DNA of 64,000 nt from a virus (lineage: Duplodnaviria; Caudoviricetes). Under the pieces are notes generated by a model that saw nothing but the letters and a program-made list of their open reading frames with translations, did not search any database and was not told the origin of the DNA. This document shows, one piece after another, positions 61,671 to 64,000 of the stretch (position 1 is its first letter; every line of letters begins with the position of its first letter). The DNA is taken from positions 1-64,000 of the IMG/VR virus record IMGVR_UViG_3300031867_000013; one strand, given 5' to 3'. A program made the translations under genes and the position numbers.

Positions 61671-62588
61671 TCAGCCTACCAATGTTGAAAGCAATTCTAA
61701 AGCATTGTCAAGCAAAGCATTTCCGCGAATAACGCTTTTCATTTGATTTTCCCTGTAGGTCTTGGTCATGCGGGCAGGTTCAGAATGATAGGCAAAATCC
61801 GATACAGCCTGCAAAAATCCATAAGCTGTGCCGCGCAAATTGCCTAAATCATCAGCGTTATAGGCTGAAATTAAGCCGCTACGTTGATTTTCCACGATGT
61901 CCCGTTTGCGCGGCGTAGCGTCAGCAGGGAGCGGGAGCAAATTCCCAACGAGCGCATTAAACATAGTGTTTGAAACGTGAATACTTGCAAGGCGTTCTGT
62001 TTCTTGCTGAAAAATGGTACGATAGGAATTTTCATGTTCCATGATATTCCCGACCATTTCCAACTTCCCTGCTACGTCTCCTTTGTGGAGAAGGGAAAAC
62101 GACCGAACGGCTTTCTTGAAGGCAAGGTTCAAAGTGTTAGAACAAGCAGGACGGACGGGAGTGATGGCGGCGCGAATTGCGCCTTTCCCATCATGCGTAC
62201 TTGAGAAAACAACATACATTTTCATTGATTCGCCAAGGGTCATAAATTCGGGGACTTCTACGCACATCCATATTGTTTTGCCACCACTGACAATTCCCGC
62301 CGAAACGAATTTGAAATCTGTCAAATACGTTAAGAAGGAAAAAGCATCTTTGTTTTGTACGGTCTGATAACGGTCTGATACCACACCAAGAAAAGCGTTA
62401 TTGTCAGAACGGACGTTTACCTTCATGGGTGTTTCGAGGATATTACCGTCTGCAAGGCGAATCAATGCGGGAGTTTGTACGACTTCCCAGTTCATATCAG
62501 CAAGGGAAATTGCGCTTTCCACATCCACCGCGCCCGAAATATCCTGTCCATACTTCCAAGGCTCTACACGATTCATCATTTTCAACAT
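61671..62588 (-). CDS. DUF932/DUF945-type phage/plasmid protein
   Basis: VRSD....LGVVSDRYQ.VQN..AF, HDG.GA...TPVR..CSNTL, GTAYG..QAV; start MLKMMN after AAGGAG. Confidence 0.85.
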   Translation of the reverse strand: MLKMMNRVEPWKYGQDISGAVDVESAISLADMNWEVVQTPALIRLADGNILETPMKVNVRSDNNAFLGVVSDRYQTVQNKDAFSFLTYLTDFKFVSAGIVSGGKTIWMCVEVPEFMTLGESMKMYVVFSSTHDGKGAIRAAITPVRPACSNTLNLAFKKAVRSFSLLHKGDVAGKLEMVGNIMEHENSYRTIFQQETERLASIHVSNTMFNALVGNLLPLPADATPRKRDIVENQRSGLISAYNADDLGNLRGTAYGFLQAVSDFAYHSEPARMTKTYRENQMKSVIRGNALLDNALELLSTLVG

Positions 62589-62778
62589 TTTCAACACTCC
62601 TTTTTTAAAATAGATGATTAACCTATACATATTAAACCACAAACAAATAATTATTGCAAGCATTTTTTTTATAAAAATCATAAAAAAATTTTCCTTCCTA
62701 TTATAAGGGAAAAATTTTTATAATTTACATATCTATTGAAATTGAGAATAATTTTTATTTGCCCATCGAGGATTTTAT

Positions 62779-63107
62779 AATTTTCTGACAATTCCATAGG
62801 AAGATATAATAATATTCTGAAAATTTCAGGCGAATAGAGGAACACAAAATTTTCTGAAAATTTATAAAAATTTGACTTCCATATAATTGTTTTAAGCGAT
62901 TTTTTCAGACTATTCCATATATTTATACTAATAAGAATTTTTCGTGTCTTAAAACTAATTTCTTAAAGTATTGAAAATACTGACTTTTCAGGCTATTATG
63001 ACAATTATAAACATAAATGTAAATATTCTGAATATTATACTAAATATTTAATGTATGGATTCTTATATATAGTATAATATTCTGACAGATATAATATTCT
63101 GATAATT
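62779..63107. promoter_or_regulatory. Cluster of CodY-box-like sites
   Basis: Exact AATTTTCTGAAAATT at 62848; near-matches at 62779, 62811, 63022, 63093. Confidence 0.6.
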
Positions 63108-63233
63108 TTATGGCGCAAATAAAGATTTCAAAAAATTATGTGTTCCTTTAATAGATTAAAGTATAAAAATGTCAAGATATATATATACAATAAAAAATTC
63201 CCCCGCAAAAAGCAGGGGAATATGTATATATAT

Positions 63234-63410
63234 TTATTCTTCCTCCTTTTGTACGTCTACGACTTCTTTTACACCCAAGAAACGGAAATTATGCAAGTCA
63301 GAAGGAGTAAACCACTTTTTGCTTGCAATTTTAGCCGCTTCTTTTTCGTTCTTTGCATCAACGTAAATCTCCCCCGTAAAAACAACGTCTACTTGCACTT
63401 GATACGTCAT
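63234..63410 (-). CDS. Small early protein (58 aa, not in ORF track)
   Basis: RBS AAAGGAG; MTYQVQVDVVFTGEIYVDAKNEKEAAKIA...; promoter upstream and terminator downstream. Confidence 0.65.
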   Translation of the reverse strand: MTYQVQVDVVFTGEIYVDAKNEKEAAKIASKKWFTPSDLHNFRFLGVKEVVDVQKEEE

Positions 63411-63526
63411 AAGAACATCTCCTTTTCATATAATAAATTCAACCTAACTATATTATACACATTACAGGATATAATGCAAGTGTTTTTTATAAAAAATCCT
63501 AAAATATTTTTCTTTCTATTATAAGG

Positions 63527-63979
63527 AATTGTCAGAATATTTAGTGTCTTTTGACAATGCACATTTGTTGGAACATTTTGTATTCTATATATGGTAAAAA
63601 TCATACTATTCTGAATATTTGCCTTGCTAGAGTAAGAGATTAAATTTTCAGAAAATTTCAAATTTGTCCACGGCATATCAAAATTTTCAGAAAAATCTAA
63701 ATAATATAATACGTCAAATATATCTGAAATGTGCATAAATACTGACAATTAGGAATATTTCGGCGCAAACAAAAAGGAAACATAATATTCAGAAAATTAG
63801 GCAATTTTTTCCTATATAGAGAAATACAAATTAGTCAGAAAATTATAAAATATAAGAATAATATAATATGTCAGAATATAGGCGCAACATAAAGGAATAT
63901 GAATTTTCAGATAATTCTTATATATCTTATTATTCTTATATTTCGCGCAAAACAAAAAGGGATAAATATTCAGACAATT
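63527..63979. promoter_or_regulatory. Cluster of CodY-box-like sites
   Basis: Exact AATTTTCAGAAAATT at 63643; near-matches at 63527, 63605, 63682, 63784, 63830, 63902, 63965. Confidence 0.6.
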
Positions 63980-64000
63980 ATATATAATCATATATTTCTA

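Noticed and set aside
63138-63748. ORF-track calls 63138..63524, 63169..63366 and 63407..63748
   Set aside because: They overlap the better-supported 58-aa minus-strand gene and the CodY-like repeat arrays, and have no RBS.
1-64000. Stop-codon reassignment
   Set aside because: Core genes are full length in the standard code, and no suppressor anticodon was found.

Overview
This is a 64-kb piece of a large, very AT-rich tailed phage with siphovirus-type gene order. The host is probably a Bacillota (Firmicutes) bacterium, inferred from SigA-type promoters and CodY-like boxes. Minus strand 1-43 kb is the virion module: TerS, TerL, portal, scaffold, head decoration, MCP, neck, tail tube, frameshifted tail chaperone, tape measure with an M15 peptidase domain, distal tail/hub/tip, and several carbohydrate-binding or Mtd-like fibres. 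Two homing endonucleases are inserted in it. 43.1-50.5 kb is an RNA-gene cluster with 9 tRNAs, a pseudo-tRNA, a tmRNA and several unassigned structured RNAs. It also holds a Ro60/TROVE-like vWA gene (DUF2828-type) surrounded by 8 copies of a covarying AAG-NNRC-NW-ACAGCAA...GYNN-CUUG stem RNA. One copy sits in that gene's own 5' UTR and some copies carry tRNA anticodon or T arms. This protein-plus-RNA array is the best candidate for an undescribed system. 51.5-58.1 kb is a plus-strand operon (wHTH, RHH, metallophosphoesterase, PhoH, MmcB-like nuclease, small unknowns). 58.1-64 kb is a gene-poor, probably early or terminal region packed with host-regulator-like boxes (8 tandem Fur-like, one ArgR-like pair, about 20 CodY-like), plus small genes and a DUF932-type gene. 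All family calls come from motif recognition by eye, not database searches.
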